Shown here piece after piece: positions 61,371-64,000 of a DNA stretch of 64,000 nucleotides. The stretch is from Amoebophrya sp. A120. Lineage: Eukaryota > Protista > Dinoflagellata. Made by a program: the position numbers and the translations under genes. The notes beneath the pieces were generated by a model, which saw nothing but the letters and a program-made list of their open reading frames with translations, was not told the origin of the DNA and did no database searches. The first letter of the stretch is position 1, and every line of letters starts with the position of its first letter. The stretch spans positions 104,254 through 168,253 of the forward strand of contig CAJINV010000005.1 in the NCBI GenBank assembly GCA_905178155.1, given 5' to 3'.

Positions 61371-61438
61371 ACTTCTGTTGAGGACACTACACAAACACAT
61401 CACAGAGCGCTGCTTGTGTTCCGGAACGGGAGGTAAAC

Positions 61439-63990
61439 GTCCGAAACAAAGAACGTACAGTGTGCTTTGAAAAAATCATTTGTACCAAAGATGTCGTTCA
61501 TGTCAATTCGACTCAAGTCGAACATGCCGTCCTTGCCCACCTGGTCGATCCAGACCCCGTCTAGCCCCTTGAGCCACCGTGCGTAATTCGGCATCCCGCT
61601 TTGCGGACAGATGATTGAATCAATCTCGACCAGCATTGCCTGCGCGATTTGTGGCTGGGACCCGCCCCGCACGAACGTGAAAACCAACGGTCGTCGTGCG
61701 TCAAACAAAAGCTTCAACTGGAACTCCAGCGGGAGCTCAGCGAAACGCCGCCCGATGTCTGTTTTATGGATAGGATGATACCACACTCAACTACCTTGTG
61801 CGAAAACACTTCATAATTCAAGCAGTACGAAGTAACTACTTTTGCACCCTTGTGGTGGAGGGTGGACGACAATATTATTATTAGCAAAACGAAGCCGCAT
61901 CATCAAAAATCAACTTGTTCTCAACAAAGAGAATATGATGACGATACGCCCGACGCCGTGCAGGCGATCGCCTCTTCGGATCCCCTTTGACTCCGCCCAG
62001 CCGTTCGGGTGCACGCTCTTCACTTTGCAAACGCACAAACCGGCCGCGGACCTCTGGATCTCGAGCATCATGCCTAATAGGCACGGGGATACGGAAGTGT
62101 CCGCTACGACGCTGATTTTCGTTTCGTGCACCGGGAGGTTGCCGTCCGAGAGACTCTCTGGCCCGTCCTCGTCCGCCCCCGCATCTATGCCGGGCGGTTT
62201 TTGCTGGGACGAAAACATGGCTCCCTCGCCCTCCCCGCGCCGCGCCTTGCGGTCGTGCTCCTTGTTATAGAACGAACCCTCATCGCGGTAGAAGCTTTCG
62301 CCCTCCCCGTCTCTCCTGGGCGGACTGCGATTCCCCTCTGCGCGGGAGCGTGGGAAGCCGGCTCCTGCCAACTTGTCGGCGAAGGACGCGTCCGCGTTGA
62401 GAACATCGGACTCGAGCACGCTACCTACCTGGTCCCCGCGCCGCTCGGGGTGCATCTGCAGGTCGAGCGCGCGTCGCTCCCTTTCGTTTCGCAGCCTGAA
62501 AAATTTTTCGTAGTGTGGTCGGGCCAAGGTGCTGTACAAACTGTGTGAAAACCGCAAGGAAAAAATTTCATATACATTCTGGGCGGATTTGTTGTACCTG
62601 GTTCGACCTGTACGAAGGACATTTAGTACTGTGACCGAGCGTGATAAAAAAAGCGCTGTATACTTTTTTCTCTGCAGCCGCGCTGATTGTTCTGTCAGGG
62701 GTAATTGGTGTCCTATCTTTGTCAACTCATCCTCCATCGCAGAAGTCATGCCGTCGTCGTCGTCCTCTATGCTTGCAAAATTGTGAGAAACAACGTCGAA
62801 TTTTTCGCGCCTCATCACGCTTCAATGAAAAAATGCATCTTCTTCATTTTTTGCTGTAGAAACAAGGTAGACACAGACTGCGCTGCACGACTACTTCCAA
62901 CATGTCGTCCGCTCTTCGAAAAGAAAAAAAAAGTATGGTCAACATGCAGAGTTCGTGTACTTAACTTGCTGGCTTCAACAAGAACGATAAATTTCGGACT
63001 TTGTTCTCACCCACCAGGAGTCCGCCTGGATATCCTCGAGGCTGCGCGGAAGCGCGCTGTCCGTGTCCCGGAGGAGCATGTAGTCCGGGTGCGTTTCTTC
63101 TGCCATGCGCTGTACCTGGCGAAACATCGTGTGCGACCCCTCGAAGAGAGCAGGTGAAGAGGTAACGGTTGCCGTCGCGTTCTCGTCTTGTGCGTTTTTC
63201 CCACCGTCGGGTGTTCTTTCCTGCTTCCGCGCTTCCATTTCCTCCTGCTCTGTGTCCGACATCGCCGAGGCTCTCTTCCGACTCTTTCGTTTTTTCTTCT
63301 CCTGCTTCATCTTTGTAGTTCTGCTGTCCGACACAGAGGAGCTGTCTTCTTCCCCATTTTCCCCTTCTTCAATGCAGGGGAGCCGCTCGCTAGTACTCAG
63401 GATGACGTGCGGCCTAGGGAGGTTGTCCTCGCGTGCTGAAGCGAAACTAACCACGTGTTGATCGCGGCTTACGGAAGTAGCAGAGAGCATGTCGACATCA
63501 TCTTCGTCAGGGACGTCATGTCCTTCCTCCACCTCGATATTACCGCCGCCGGCGTCAGGAGGATTCATCCTCTCGTGGTCGTCCACCTCGTGTTCAAAAC
63601 TGCTTGGAGTAGTAGTTGTTTCGTGACCAAATGTAGTTGTCCTCCCGTTTTCGACGCGCCCTGCCTGCATCCACTCCGTCTGCTGCTCCATTTCGGCCTC
63701 TTCGACCAGGGAAGCCAGCGAGGTATCTTCGGGGTCGTCGCGCCCTGCAACGACCATGGCTAGGTCGTCGTGAGACACCGGAAGAAGAAATTATGCAACG
63801 AGGGGACAATAGTGCGGATCTGTTATCTGCGGTTGTCAACTACAACCCGCCACAAAAATGAAGATCGCGGAGGCAAATAAGTAGTGTGGCAGCAATTTCT
63901 TCGCCATGTGGTCGTACCTATCGTCAATATTTTTGCGCAGATGATACGGACACGATGAGTTCGTTTTGCTGACCCCCACGTCCTCCGCGG
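61439..63990 (-). CDS. Further exons with a PDZ-like domain; probably the upstream part of the giant gene
   Basis: GLCVCKVKSVHPNGWAESKGIRRGDRLHGVG joins via GT-AG intron 61786-61947 to LWYHP...LLFDARRPLVFTFVR, a PDZ-like pattern. Junctions near 61.4, 62.8-63.0 and 63.8-63.95 kb are not resolved. Confidence 0.55.
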
Positions 63991-64000
63991 CGACGGCTAA

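Noticed and set aside
63790-63946. Possible further TIR intron starting TATCATCTGCGCAAAAAT on the minus strand
   Set aside because: No matching inverted end or adjacent TSD found; only a GTGTC repeat near the junctions. Left unresolved.

Overview
Compact, GC-rich eukaryotic genomic DNA. About ten genes, all on the minus strand, are separated by short AT-richer spacers. The unidirectional gene block, long low-complexity insertions and inverted-repeat introns point to a syndinean dinoflagellate such as Amoebophrya (inference). In order: two tandem paralogues with an integrase-repeat-like N-terminal motif, a single-domain voltage-gated channel with EF-hands, a multi-exon helical-repeat protein, an 847-aa unknown, a class I-like CPD photolyase, a ~2,400-aa KEN(RNase L/IRE1-like)-ankyrin-La-DEAH helicase-RING fusion, a CRY-DASH, a ~2,050-aa secreted type-I membrane protein with a PAN/apple-like domain, a split-PH protein, and one giant gene (41.4 to at least 61.3 kb, roughly 5,500-6,100 aa when spliced by hand). 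Two things stand out. First, nine introns of the giant gene are 121-309 bp elements bounded by TAT...ATA terminal inverted repeats and 5-bp target-site duplications; removing each element plus one duplication restores the frame, mostly without GT-AG ends. Second, the RNase-helicase-E3 fusion looks like a self-contained RNA-surveillance or defence protein. All domain calls are by motif recognition only, and splice models have no transcript support.
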